From NCBI GenBank assembly GCA_016839585.1, contig JAEOTZ010000026.1, positions 19,143 through 83,142 of the forward strand: 64,000 nt of DNA, given 5' to 3'. Both the position numbers and the translations under genes were made by a program. This document shows, piece by piece, positions 28,680 to 38,284 of this stretch. The stretch's first letter is position 1. Every line of letters begins with the position of its first letter. The notes below the pieces were generated by a model. That model was not told the DNA's origin, searched no databases, and was given only the letters and a program-made list of their open reading frames with translations. This DNA comes from Promethearchaeota archaeon. Its GTDB lineage: Archaea > Asgardarchaeota > Lokiarchaeia > Sigyniarchaeales > SOKP01.

Positions 28680-29504
28680 ATGTTAGAAAAATTAAAAGAA
28701 ACATTTTTGGCAAAATTATTATTGATAATAATACTTTCCTGGATTATTTTAGCAATTATCTTCGGATTTATAGATCTAGAAATATCTAAAGCAGTCGTAG
28801 ATAGAGACTTCTTATTAGCTAAATTTTTATATTTTTTTGAAGCTCCAGGATGGGGTTTATCATTTGCTACTGGAGCATTGTGGATAGGAAGTTATATTGA
28901 AGATGTAAAAAAGCAAAAAATCCCTGCAATTGTATTAATTGTTATTGGATTAATCATCATCATTATTTCTTTAATTCTTTGGAATCCATGGTTGCTTAAT
29001 ATGAGTGCAGGAATGGCTTTCGGTAATTTAATCCTTTTAATTGCATTTTTGAAAAAGGACTGGAGAGAATATAAAAAAATTGCTATGATATTCGTAACAG
29101 TTTCCATCATCAATTCATTATTATTTGTACAAGTTACTAAACTATTAACTGGAAGAATTCGTTTCAATGATTTAGCATCCGGTTATACAGATTATACTCC
29201 TTGGTTTCGCTCTCCTGGACCAGGTTTTGGAAATTTTAGTTTTCCAAGTGGTCATACTGCTCAAGGTTGGCTATTCTTACCTTTCTTAATCTTAATAAAA
29301 GATCGAGAATGGAAAAATCCTCTTCGAATGATCATTACTATACTTACAATAACTTGGGGCTCATTAGTAGGAATTAGTACTATTATAATTGGAGCTCATT
29401 TTGCATCAGATGTTCTTTTTTCAACAGGAGTAACGACAGTTTTGATAATTCTATTATATAACAAATTATATCTAGAAAAAGAAAAATCTTCTACTCAAAA
29501 ATAA
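28680..29504 (+). CDS. PAP2-family membrane phosphatase
   Basis: KLLTGRIRF, SFPSGHT, GAHFASDV; the Arg of motif 3 (SRxxxxxH) reads Thr here. Confidence 0.88.
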   Translation: MLEKLKETFLAKLLLIIILSWIILAIIFGFIDLEISKAVVDRDFLLAKFLYFFEAPGWGLSFATGALWIGSYIEDVKKQKIPAIVLIVIGLIIIIISLILWNPWLLNMSAGMAFGNLILLIAFLKKDWREYKKIAMIFVTVSIINSLLFVQVTKLLTGRIRFNDLASGYTDYTPWFRSPGPGFGNFSFPSGHTAQGWLFLPFLILIKDREWKNPLRMIITILTITWGSLVGISTIIIGAHFASDVLFSTGVTTVLIILLYNKLYLEKEKSSTQK

Positions 29505-29609
29505 AAATATATTAAGAACTTTTTTTATCTATATTTTGGAAAAAAGTATATAAATTTACTTTTTCAATTAGTTGAGGTATTTTAGGCGTTTTAATATCAA
29601 GTGTTCTAA

Positions 29610-30875
29610 ATGTCTGAGGAAAGCTTAAGAGAAATTATAGGTTTAGTTGAAACATCAAAATGGAATCAAGTGAAGAAATTCATTAAGTTTGTGGTTCAAA
29701 AAACACTGAAAAAAAATACGGAATATCGATTAACTGCTCTTGATGTCTCAATTACTGGGAAAAAGCAGCCTAAATATAATTTAATAATTAAAAATAGAGA
29801 AAATATTAAAAATATTGACAAAATTGATGATTTCAATCATCTCTCTTTGTATCAATCCACCCACACTTCTAATAACCTTATTGACATTTCTCAAAATAAT
29901 GGTACTATTGTTATTTTAGCTAAATATATGGGACCAAGCTTAAATGATCACCAAATTTTCGATTTTTCTGTTCATATGGATGTTTTAGAGGATCCTTTCT
30001 TTACAAATGGTACAGGAAAAAAACTAAGTTGTTCAGAGTTTTTAAGAACTATCAATCATAAAAAACAAACAGAAATTATATCTCAACAGAAGAAAAAAAA
30101 GAATGACCTAAAGCAATTGAAAGAAGAAAAAATATCTCAAGATGTAGAGGTGTTTGTATTTGAAAAACTTACTAATAGAAATGCTTTTTGGAATGAAACT
30201 GAAACTAAAGCTTTTAAAAATTGGAAAGCTAAAAGTGTAAATAAATATCGAATAGAAACTGGAAAAATTACTTATTATAAGGGAAAACCTACAAATCAAT
30301 TTTCCCTATATTTAAAGAGTCTTTTAGAAAATAAAATTTATAAAAAGAAAAAAACACCTATTAAACCAAAATTTAAAAAGAGTATTCCTAAAAAAGATGA
30401 TCAAGAATTTTCTGAAGCAATTGTATTTAAAACTTTAACTGGTAAGAATGCTGAATGGAATGGAAGTGAAACAAAAAATTTTCAAGAATGGAAAGTAAAA
30501 GTTGCCAATAAGTATCGTAAAGAAACTGGAAAAATTGCTTATTATAAAGGAAAACCTACAAATAATTTTGCTCAATACTTGAGAAATCTTCCTAAAACTA
30601 AAACCAATAAAAATAATAACCTTGTTAAAAAGAAGACTTCTAAAGCTAAACCTAAAAAAGAAGAAAGAGTCATTTCTGAATCTTTTGTGTTTGAAGCATT
30701 AACTGGTAAGAATGCTGTATGGAATGGGACTGAAACAAAAAATTTTCAAGAATGGAAACGAAAAATAGCTAAAAAATACCAAAAAGAAACGGGAAAGAAT
30801 ACTTATTATGGTGGTAACTTAACTCAAAATTTTAAAAACTTCTTAAAAAACCTTGTAAATGAAAAATCCAAATAG
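29610..30875 (+). CDS. Highly basic hypothetical protein with three ~57-aa C-terminal repeats
   Basis: 421-aa ORF; repeats VF..LT[GN][KR]NA.WN..ETK.F..WK.....KY..ETGK..YY.G..T..F...L. Confidence 0.85.
   Translation: MSEESLREIIGLVETSKWNQVKKFIKFVVQKTLKKNTEYRLTALDVSITGKKQPKYNLIIKNRENIKNIDKIDDFNHLSLYQSTHTSNNLIDISQNNGTIVILAKYMGPSLNDHQIFDFSVHMDVLEDPFFTNGTGKKLSCSEFLRTINHKKQTEIISQQKKKKNDLKQLKEEKISQDVEVFVFEKLTNRNAFWNETETKAFKNWKAKSVNKYRIETGKITYYKGKPTNQFSLYLKSLLENKIYKKKKTPIKPKFKKSIPKKDDQEFSEAIVFKTLTGKNAEWNGSETKNFQEWKVKVANKYRKETGKIAYYKGKPTNNFAQYLRNLPKTKTNKNNNLVKKKTSKAKPKKEERVISESFVFEALTGKNAVWNGTETKNFQEWKRKIAKKYQKETGKNTYYGGNLTQNFKNFLKNLVNEKSK
30156..30855 (+). repeat. Three ~170-nt coding repeats spaced 267 and 264 nt
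   Basis: Units start at about 30156, 30423 and 30687; units 2 and 3 share TTAACTGGTAAGAATGCTG and GAAACAAAAAATTTTCAAGAATGGAAA. Confidence 0.85.
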
Positions 30876-30903
30876 GTTTATACTTCTATTTCTTATAGAA
30901 AGG

Positions 30904-32010
30904 TTAAAGTTTTATTATCGTCCCACACTGGGGACAAATATTTACTTTCTCTGTTAATTTCATCCCACAAAATCTACAGGTATAAGAAAATTCTTTAGGT
31001 ACCTCTTCTTTTTCCTCTCTTATATGGGAAACCTCTGATACTGGCTTCTTTTCCTCTTTTTTTGAAATTGGTGGAGTGCGTTGCATTTCTTCAGTTTTTA
31101 TTTGAGGAACTTCTGTTATCACCTTCTCTACTTTTGAAATTGGCGTAGTCGGTTGTACTTCTTCAGCTTTTATCTGGGGAACTTCTGTTATTGGCTTCTC
31201 TTCCTCTTTTTCTGAAATTGGTGGAGTTGGTTGTATTTCTTCAAGTTTTACGCCACATTTGTTACAAAATTTTGAGTTTAAGGGTATTTGCTGTCCACAG
31301 TAAGGACAAGTTTTTATTGGTTTCTCTTCTATTTTCTCTGGGATTGATGGAATCGGTTCTAGGTCTTCTGCTTTTTTTTGATAAACATCAGCTACAAAAT
31401 AATGAAGTTCTTCATGATGTAAAGTTGAATCTATTTTTCCACTGGTTATCAAATTATTTAAAATCATTCGAAGATTTTCTCTGATATATTTTCTTTCATT
31501 ATATGTTTTTACAGAATTTTCTAATCTCACCCCCAAAGCAGAAACTGTGAGCGTAGATCCTTTATTTTCTTTTAAATAATTATATACTGCACTTTCGAGA
31601 TTTCTCGTATCTATCGAGATTTTAGATGTTTGTTCTCTTCTTATAGGTGGTTTTGCACTTGCAGCAGCAATAAAGGTTACTATAGCACTCAAGCCCCAAA
31701 GTAATGTTTCTGGATTATAAAATCCCTCATAAAAATTTAAAAAAAAGAGAAGTGATAGAATAAGAATCACACCATTTATAATATATAACATCCGTGCATT
31801 CCAATGCCAATCTCTCCCAGTATCAAAAATGTTTTTGCTAGTATATGCATAATCTGTAGAATCCCAATAAATTGCTATAAATTGTATAATAATACAGACT
31901 ATACTTAATATAATTACGGTGTTGTTAATTAAGATGTAAAAATAATGTAAAAAAAGTGATATAAATAGTAGAAGAATACCCCACAAAGCAAACTTAATTG
32001 ATTCCTTAAT
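30904..32010 (-). CDS. Membrane protein with wHTH-like segment, two zinc ribbons and a Pro/Glu-rich repeat linker
   Basis: N-terminal TM helices; CPYC-x10-CNKC and CRFC-x10-CPQC. Start is TTG 31986 or ATT 32010. Confidence 0.8.
   Translation of the reverse strand: MKESIKFALWGILLLFISLFLHYFYILINNTVIILSIVCIIIQFIAIYWDSTDYAYTSKNIFDTGRDWHWNARMLYIINGVILILSLLFFLNFYEGFYNPETLLWGLSAIVTFIAAASAKPPIRREQTSKISIDTRNLESAVYNYLKENKGSTLTVSALGVRLENSVKTYNERKYIRENLRMILNNLITSGKIDSTLHHEELHYFVADVYQKKAEDLEPIPSIPEKIEEKPIKTCPYCGQQIPLNSKFCNKCGVKLEEIQPTPPISEKEEEKPITEVPQIKAEEVQPTTPISKVEKVITEVPQIKTEEMQRTPPISKKEEKKPVSEVSHIREEKEEVPKEFSYTCRFCGMKLTEKVNICPQCGTIIKL
31012..31244 (-). repeat. Three imperfect 72-78-nt coding tandem repeats
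   Basis: EEIQPTPPISEKEEEKPITEVPQIKA / EEVQPTTPISKVEKVITEVPQIKT / EEMQRTPPISKKEEKKPVSEVSHIRE. Confidence 0.8.
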
Positions 32011-32199
32011 TAAAAGTCAACTTCAATTATATTGAATATAATCTATTTATATAATTACATTTTATGTATCGAACACTTTAGTATTTAAATTTTTTTTTAG
32101 GAGTAGGAATTTTGTTATTTTGTCATAGTGAAAAATATGTAAAAAAAATAGATTTTAAATTTTTAATTTTTCAAATCAATAGATTTTCATTGATTAGTT

Positions 32200-32664
32200 T
32201 CATTTATTTGATTTTTCATTGAATTCTATTAGATTTTCTAATATCCTTTCTAAATAATTCTCGAAATCATCTATTTCTTCGTCGTTAAATTTATTGTAGA
32301 ATAATTTTCCCATTTCACGAGAAACATCTATATATTTATCTTCTAATAATCTATTTTTTTCTGTTAAAGTAATTAGAATTTCTCGCCTATCTTCTTTCGA
32401 TGGAACCCGTTTAATAAATCCTGCCTTTTCAAGATTATCTAACATAGAAGTTAAGGTAGATTTACTATATTGGGTCTTTTCTACGAGTTCATGAATAGGA
32501 ATAGTATCCTTTTGCCAAAGTACAAACATAACCCTTCCCTGCGCAGGATTAAACTCCTCGAGTCTATGATCCTTTAGAATCCTAGCAAATATTCTCTGAG
32601 ATAATTGATGAATTTTAGATATCAGAAAGCCGCCCTGTCTTTGTTGTTTCATTGTTTCCTTCAT
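32200..32664 (-). CDS. MarR-family transcriptional regulator
   Basis: NPAQGRVMFVLW, KSTLTSMLDNLEKAGFIKR, DRREILITLT. Confidence 0.93.
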   Translation of the reverse strand: MKETMKQQRQGGFLISKIHQLSQRIFARILKDHRLEEFNPAQGRVMFVLWQKDTIPIHELVEKTQYSKSTLTSMLDNLEKAGFIKRVPSKEDRREILITLTEKNRLLEDKYIDVSREMGKLFYNKFNDEEIDDFENYLERILENLIEFNEKSNK

Positions 32665-33131
32665 AATTCAAAATTAACTAGATTTAATTTAAAATAAAAT
32701 CTGGCATATTTAGGATTTAATACGAGTAATGTGTAATCTGGATCTTTTGGTCCTTTTACATAATATCTGGTCCACCAATCAAGCCATATTATATTTTTAA
32801 AATCTTGATCTTCAACGATTTCCACTGATCCTCCAAACATAACTCCTTTAAAATCATCTGGATCACAATAATAAACACTAATTTTCGGATTATTTTTTAT
32901 GTGGGCAACTTTGGAGGATGATGTATTAGTTCCAATATATATTGCGAATTTATTTTCTTGCTTTTGAAAAAATTCAAAAAATTCTGGGAATTGTTCCTTA
33001 TTTCTAAGGTTAAACATTGCCCTCGTTATAGGAAAACCATCAGGATCAATTGTTGTAAGATATGCCGCTTTAGACGTTTCTATTAATTCTAAACTTTGCT
33101 TTTTTACTTCTTCTAATTCCATTTGTATCAT
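32661..33131 (-). CDS. Pyridoxamine 5'-phosphate oxidase-like split-barrel protein
   Basis: YLTTIDPDGFPITRAM, TNTSSSKVAHIKNNPKISVYY, GPKDPDY. Confidence 0.88.
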   Translation of the reverse strand: MIQMELEEVKKQSLELIETSKAAYLTTIDPDGFPITRAMFNLRNKEQFPEFFEFFQKQENKFAIYIGTNTSSSKVAHIKNNPKISVYYCDPDDFKGVMFGGSVEIVEDQDFKNIIWLDWWTRYYVKGPKDPDYTLLVLNPKYARFYFKLNLVNFEL

Positions 33132-33149
33132 CTCTCAATTAAATAGTTC

Positions 33150-33488
33150 TTATAGATTTTTCCTAATTTCCTCTAGATTTTGCTTAGCTGAAGGACTTCT
33201 TTCAAAGCATTTTGCTAAATTATCACAGATGTACTCCTCGCAATAAGCACAATTTTCATATTGTTTCTCCCGACAGCAATTTCTTATATCGCAATCCTTA
33301 CACCAACTAAAAATTCTTCCTTCCATATTACAATCATCACAGTAGATATCCTCCGGTTTAAAAGACATCGTCTCACCAGACCATTCTTTAGCAATTCTTT
33401 TTATTTCTTCTTCATCTCCTTTTTGAGTAGCTATATAAGCAGGACATTTGGCACAATCAAGACCACAATATACGATTATTTTATCCAT
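33150..33488 (-). CDS. DUF3795-family Cys-rich protein
   Basis: YCGLDCAKCPAY, CDDC, CDIRNCC, NCAYCEEYIC. Confidence 0.88.
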   Translation of the reverse strand: MDKIIVYCGLDCAKCPAYIATQKGDEEEIKRIAKEWSGETMSFKPEDIYCDDCNMEGRIFSWCKDCDIRNCCREKQYENCAYCEEYICDNLAKCFERSPSAKQNLEEIRKNL

Positions 33489-33524
33489 AGTTCTATCCTC
33501 TCTTTTATTTTTTTTTTCTATTTT

Positions 33525-34094
33525 TTATTCTTTTGTTTTATAACTATTTCCTATATCATAAGCTTTTGCGAGATATTCTCCAACTCTTAAATATGGACCA
33601 TCAGGCATTAAAAATATGAATAAATTCATTTTATTAAAATCTGGTTTATTTTCTGTTAGGTATTTTTCTTCTGTGTATACTTCAATAATTTCACCTACAA
33701 ATAATTCTGTTCTTTCAAATTCTATTACTCTAACCAATTTACACTCTATATTTAAAGGGCAATCTTTTATCATCGGTGCATTTTCAAGATCTCCATAAAA
33801 AATCTCAAATACTTCTGATTTATCAACTTTAGAACCCGAATGTAAACCAACATAGTCAGTTACCGTAACCATTTCAGCAGAAGGTATATTAATGCTAAAA
33901 ACCTTATTTTCCTTAATACCCTTATTAGTGTAATGCCTTTTGGACATTGCAACTCCTATCTGAGAAGGTGGAGAATTCAATAGGTTAAACCAAACTATAG
34001 TGTTAAAATTTGGTTTACCATCAACATGAGCCCCTATTATACATACCGGCAATGGTAAAATGGGCAATTCCATTCCTGTTTTTATCTTATCGAT
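33525..34094 (-). CDS. Flavin reductase (flavoredoxin)-family protein
   Basis: PLPVCIIG, GKPNF, FSINIPS, DYVGLHSG, APMIKDCPLNIECK. Start is ATG 34073 or ATC 34094. Confidence 0.9.
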   Translation of the reverse strand: MDKIKTGMELPILPLPVCIIGAHVDGKPNFNTIVWFNLLNSPPSQIGVAMSKRHYTNKGIKENKVFSINIPSAEMVTVTDYVGLHSGSKVDKSEVFEIFYGDLENAPMIKDCPLNIECKLVRVIEFERTELFVGEIIEVYTEEKYLTENKPDFNKMNLFIFLMPDGPYLRVGEYLAKAYDIGNSYKTKE

Positions 34095-34104
34095 TTTTCA
34101 CACC

Positions 34105-34251
34105 TTAATCTATTATTAATATTGAATCTTGTTTTTTAAACAGTTCAGAAACCCTTTTTCTCTTTATTTCATCATCATCATCTTTCTGAGTTCTTCCATC
34201 ATTGAGAAACTCAAAATAAACATTTTCGCAAGAATATTTGGTCTTATCCAT
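34105..34251 (-). CDS. 48-aa small ORF at the head of the MarR operon (not in ORF track)
   Basis: MDKTKYSCENVYFEFLNDGRTQKDDDDEIKRKRVSELFKKQDSILIID; its TAA abuts the GGTG ribosome-binding site of the next gene. Confidence 0.5.
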   Translation of the reverse strand: MDKTKYSCENVYFEFLNDGRTQKDDDDEIKRKRVSELFKKQDSILIID

Positions 34252-34275
34252 TTTTTTTTGATCTATTTTAATATT

Positions 34276-34304
34276 GTTCCATATCGAACTGTTCTATATA
34301 GAAC
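34276..34304. promoter_or_regulatory. Tandem palindromic operator GTTC-N6-GAAC x2, probable MarR site
   Basis: GTTCCATATCGAAC-T-GTTCTATATAGAAC; the second copy is a perfect 14-bp palindrome. It lies 25 nt before the first ATG of the marR-containing operon. Confidence 0.7.
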
Positions 34305-34372
34305 TATATGATATTTTCATATTTAAATATATTGATCTAAAAGGGAAAAACTCTTCCAATCTACTTTACTTT

Positions 34373-35893
34373 TTATTTGGTAAAATTTTCCCCATCCTTC
34401 AAAAGATTAGTTTTTTCAAAATTTTCCGCGAACCATCGGGGATTATCAGTATGTACCGGAATTATAACATCAGGATCAATTGTCTCAATTGCCCATCTAA
34501 TATCTTTTTGTGACGCGTGTCCAGAAGCATGAAACCCTTTACTGAATACAGGTTTTAATCGTTCCCCTTCCTCAACGATTTTGAATCCATAGATTTTAAA
34601 ACCAAAATATTCAAGCCATTTACTTAATCTTATAAAATCAAATTCAGATTCTTCCTCAAACGCTTCACTTGAAGAATAGATATAAGTACCATTTGTTGGT
34701 TTTATGTCTAATAAATTTTTTAAATCAAAAAGAGAGAAACATAATATATATCTATTAGGTTCTTTCGCAATATCTATTGGGTTTAAATAATTAACGTCCT
34801 CTTTATTTTTAAGGTAATTTTCTTCCCAATTCGGAGACTTTACTTTTAAACTATTATATATTACAACATTTTTTAACCTATTTATCCCATCAACCATCTC
34901 AAGAGCTTTTAACAAATAAGCATTCTTAGGGGTTATTAATAACGTCCTTTCAACTTTATTTGCAATCTCTCGAAAAGTTTCTAATCTTTCAAAATTCCTA
35001 GCTGAAAAATCTGCTACTATAAGATCTTTTGAATTTTTAACTACATCTAAGCAATTATTAAAAACTATATCCTCTGATTCATTAATATCTTCTCTCGTTG
35101 CTCTTGTTCCTTCAATAATTAAAATTGAAGCATCTTTTGCGCTTTTAATAAAACTTTTGCTTTTATCACCCAATTTACCATGAAGGCGAAAATCACCTGT
35201 GTAAGCAACAGTATTATCCCCACTGACAATAAACCCTATTGCCCCATAAATAGAATGATCCACCTCAAAAGCTTTAATTTCGAATGATGTTGAGAATTCA
35301 TCCAAACTATATAACTTTTCTCTTTCAAATTCTTTATATCTTTTAACACACGTAGATAAGAACTTTTCCATTGAATCCAAATAACTGAAGGCACTATAAA
35401 ATGTTCTACATTTTCCCACTTTGCTTCCAGATCTTAATACTCTATTATCATCAGCAGGGTTTTTTTCAAAAAAATAAGCTACTTCATTGCTAAGACTAGC
35501 TTTTGAGCTATCCAATATACCTTTAAGTAATACTATCGTTTTAGGTGATGCAATAATGGGGATATTAGGATCAAGCAAAGAAATATTACCAAAATGATCC
35601 ATATGTGCATGGCTAAGTAAAATCGCGTCAACTTTTAGTGAAGGATATAATGATATATTAAGATCAGAAGGAATAAGATCTTGTCGGTAAATATTTAGCT
35701 TAGGAATTAGATTCAGGTGAATAAGATCATGAATGCCACGTGTAGGACGTTCTTTAAGAAATTCTTGAAAATATTGGCCGTATTTCTTAAAATTCATACC
35801 AAAATCAAGAAATAGACCATTATCTCTTTCCTGTAAATAAATCTTTGTACCTCCAATTGTTTCTGCCCCATCAAATACAGTTATCGATGTCAT
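34373..35893 (-). CDS. Beta-CASP/MBL ribonuclease (RNase J-like)
   Basis: TIGGTKI, SHAHMDH, VDHSIYG, YTGDFRLHG, HASGHAS, IPVHT. Confidence 0.88.
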   Translation of the reverse strand: MTSITVFDGAETIGGTKIYLQERDNGLFLDFGMNFKKYGQYFQEFLKERPTRGIHDLIHLNLIPKLNIYRQDLIPSDLNISLYPSLKVDAILLSHAHMDHFGNISLLDPNIPIIASPKTIVLLKGILDSSKASLSNEVAYFFEKNPADDNRVLRSGSKVGKCRTFYSAFSYLDSMEKFLSTCVKRYKEFEREKLYSLDEFSTSFEIKAFEVDHSIYGAIGFIVSGDNTVAYTGDFRLHGKLGDKSKSFIKSAKDASILIIEGTRATREDINESEDIVFNNCLDVVKNSKDLIVADFSARNFERLETFREIANKVERTLLITPKNAYLLKALEMVDGINRLKNVVIYNSLKVKSPNWEENYLKNKEDVNYLNPIDIAKEPNRYILCFSLFDLKNLLDIKPTNGTYIYSSSEAFEEESEFDFIRLSKWLEYFGFKIYGFKIVEEGERLKPVFSKGFHASGHASQKDIRWAIETIDPDVIIPVHTDNPRWFAENFEKTNLLKDGENFTK

Positions 35894-35994
35894 TTTTGTA
35901 AAAACTTATTATCCTTAATTAAAAAATAAGACTAAAGACATAAAAATTAAACCCTAAAATATTAATAATTTACAAATCTTATGGATGAGTAATT

Positions 35995-36798
35995 TTACTC
36001 TAAACCTTTAATTTCTTTTGGAGCACGTGGTGGAGAACGAACAAATTTAACAGCAGGATACCCTATAATGAACGCCCCGATTCCTTTTCCATCAATATTA
36101 GCTAACTTTTTAATTTCAGGGTTAGAATTCATTGCAATTTGAGACCAACCATTCCAACATGTACCTAAGCCAAGTGCTTGAGCAGCTAATCTTCCATAGG
36201 TAATAATAATTCCTATATTATTTGCCTCTACTTCATGATGTTCGGGGGAATCTATGAAAATTACATGCGGAGCATCAAAAAATATAGGACTACGGAAAAT
36301 TTTTCCAAGAATTCGAAAAACTCGTGTGTATCTTCCCTTTGTTAAAGGATGATTTATTAATTCCTCTTGAATAGCATCAGAAAGTTTTTTTATTTGCTCA
36401 GTATTTGATATAATCGAAAAGTTCTCTGTTCTTCTATTATCTCCAGTAGGCGCATTCTCCATTGCTTGAAAAACCTTCCTCAGTATTTCAGGTGGTACCT
36501 TTTTCTTTTTATAAAGTCGAACTGACCTATTCGCTCTAAGAAATTTGTAAATAGTATCGTATGAGGCAATTGTTTCAGGTTTAGCAATACCCTCATATTC
36601 AAATGCTTCCCCTATACCCTCATGCTGAATAGCATCCTCAGGACACCGAGCAATGCAATGAGCACACAAATTACATAAGTTATAAGGATCACTAAAGAGA
36701 ACTTTTTCCTGCTCTTTATCCCATCTAAACATAAAACATGTAGTTAAGCAGATTCTACAATTGCTACATTTCTCATAATCTATTCCTAGTATAGACAT
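35995..36798 (-). CDS. Nitroreductase with N-terminal 2x[4Fe-4S] domain
   Basis: CSNCRICLTTC, CNLCAHCIARCP, NRSVRLY, APT, LGLGTCWNG. Confidence 0.92.
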   Translation of the reverse strand: MSILGIDYEKCSNCRICLTTCFMFRWDKEQEKVLFSDPYNLCNLCAHCIARCPEDAIQHEGIGEAFEYEGIAKPETIASYDTIYKFLRANRSVRLYKKKKVPPEILRKVFQAMENAPTGDNRRTENFSIISNTEQIKKLSDAIQEELINHPLTKGRYTRVFRILGKIFRSPIFFDAPHVIFIDSPEHHEVEANNIGIIITYGRLAAQALGLGTCWNGWSQIAMNSNPEIKKLANIDGKGIGAFIIGYPAVKFVRSPPRAPKEIKGLE

Positions 36799-36960
36799 AG
36801 TTATTGAATTTTAGTTTTAATGATCAAAAATTAACCTTTAAATTTATAATTTGAGGATAAGAAAGCCCTATTGGAACCTTATTAATTTTTACATTAAGTT
36901 TTAATAAGATTAATAAATTAACATTACTAATAAAACACAAAATAGAGGAAAGGTGTTTCC

Positions 36961-38232
36961 ATGGAAAAAGAACAAGTATTTTTGAAAATATTTGGGAGAA
37001 ACCTCATAAGCTTTAAAATGCTCGACGATGGCGAGATTATTGGTACAGGTATTTTAAATCCTCTCATTAAAAAACTACGTCTACTTGTAATGCTTATTTT
37101 ACAAGCAGGATTTTACAAAAATTATAATCTTGGAAGATGGAAGGGGAAAATAGTTCCAAATACCTTTGCGCCTCCTATTGGAAGTCGTCCACAATTGCGT
37201 GCATTTAGAGGGTTAATAAAGTCTCATTTATTACCATGGCGCGTTCCCATTGCAATGACTTTCGCAGTAACTTATAGATGCCAGTGTAATTGCGTTCATT
37301 GTAGCGCAGGGAAGCATTTACGAAAGGATGTACCAGAACTCACTACAAAAGAGGCAAAAAAACTCATTGATGATAGTCAAAAACTTGGTGTGACAATTTT
37401 GGCCTTCACTGGAGGAGAACCTTTGCTAAGGGAGGACATTTTCGAACTTATTTCACATGTAGATAAGCGAAAGACTATGCCAATTATGTTTACAAATGGA
37501 CAGTTTCTCACAGATGAAAATGTGGATAAATTGGTCAATGCCGGTCTTTATTCAATCTTTGTAAGTATTGATAGTCCAATTCCGGAAGAACATGACAGTG
37601 TGAGGGGCATGCCAGGGCTTTATGAGGCTGCTATAAAGGGACTCAAGAAATTGAAGGAAAAAGGAGTATTTGTTGGTCTCTCTTCTTATGCCATTCGTTC
37701 TAATACAGAACAGGGAATGTATAAGAAACTGCATAAACTTGGTCAGAAACTCGGTGTTCATAATATAATTCTCTTTGACGGTGTCCCTACAGGAAATATG
37801 TTGCATAATATAGACGAGTTGCTGACTTGGAAGCTGCGTGATGAAATTTATGAATTTTCCGCTAATATATTCAAAAATAAGATAGTCCCTCCTCTGTCTT
37901 CTCAGTCATGGCAAAACTCTATAGAAGCAAATCTTGCAGGTATTGGGTGTATAGCAGCAAATATCCAATATTACGTTTCTGCTTATGGGGAAGTTGCACC
38001 TTGTGATTTTACACCCATTTCTTTTGGAAACATCCGTAAAGAGCCCCTAAAAAAGATCTGGATAAGGATGGCGAGACATCCTGCCTATAATCATCGAAGC
38101 ACGTTCTGTAGGATGCAGCATCATAAATTCCGTCATTTTTATATAGATCCAATCCCAGATGATGCAAGACTTCCTTATTCGATTGCGAAACTTCCGAGGG
38201 TAGATTATCGGACTGCGGAAATTTCTAAGTAA
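36961..38232 (+). CDS. Radical SAM protein with SPASM/twitch domain
   Basis: CQCNCVHC, GGEP, TNG, VSID, GCIA...GEVAPC...GNI. Confidence 0.93.
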   Translation: MEKEQVFLKIFGRNLISFKMLDDGEIIGTGILNPLIKKLRLLVMLILQAGFYKNYNLGRWKGKIVPNTFAPPIGSRPQLRAFRGLIKSHLLPWRVPIAMTFAVTYRCQCNCVHCSAGKHLRKDVPELTTKEAKKLIDDSQKLGVTILAFTGGEPLLREDIFELISHVDKRKTMPIMFTNGQFLTDENVDKLVNAGLYSIFVSIDSPIPEEHDSVRGMPGLYEAAIKGLKKLKEKGVFVGLSSYAIRSNTEQGMYKKLHKLGQKLGVHNIILFDGVPTGNMLHNIDELLTWKLRDEIYEFSANIFKNKIVPPLSSQSWQNSIEANLAGIGCIAANIQYYVSAYGEVAPCDFTPISFGNIRKEPLKKIWIRMARHPAYNHRSTFCRMQHHKFRHFYIDPIPDDARLPYSIAKLPRVDYRTAEISK

Positions 38233-38284
38233 AACTTTTAAAACCTATAAGAATTTTCAAAATAATTTCTGTAATATTTCAACT

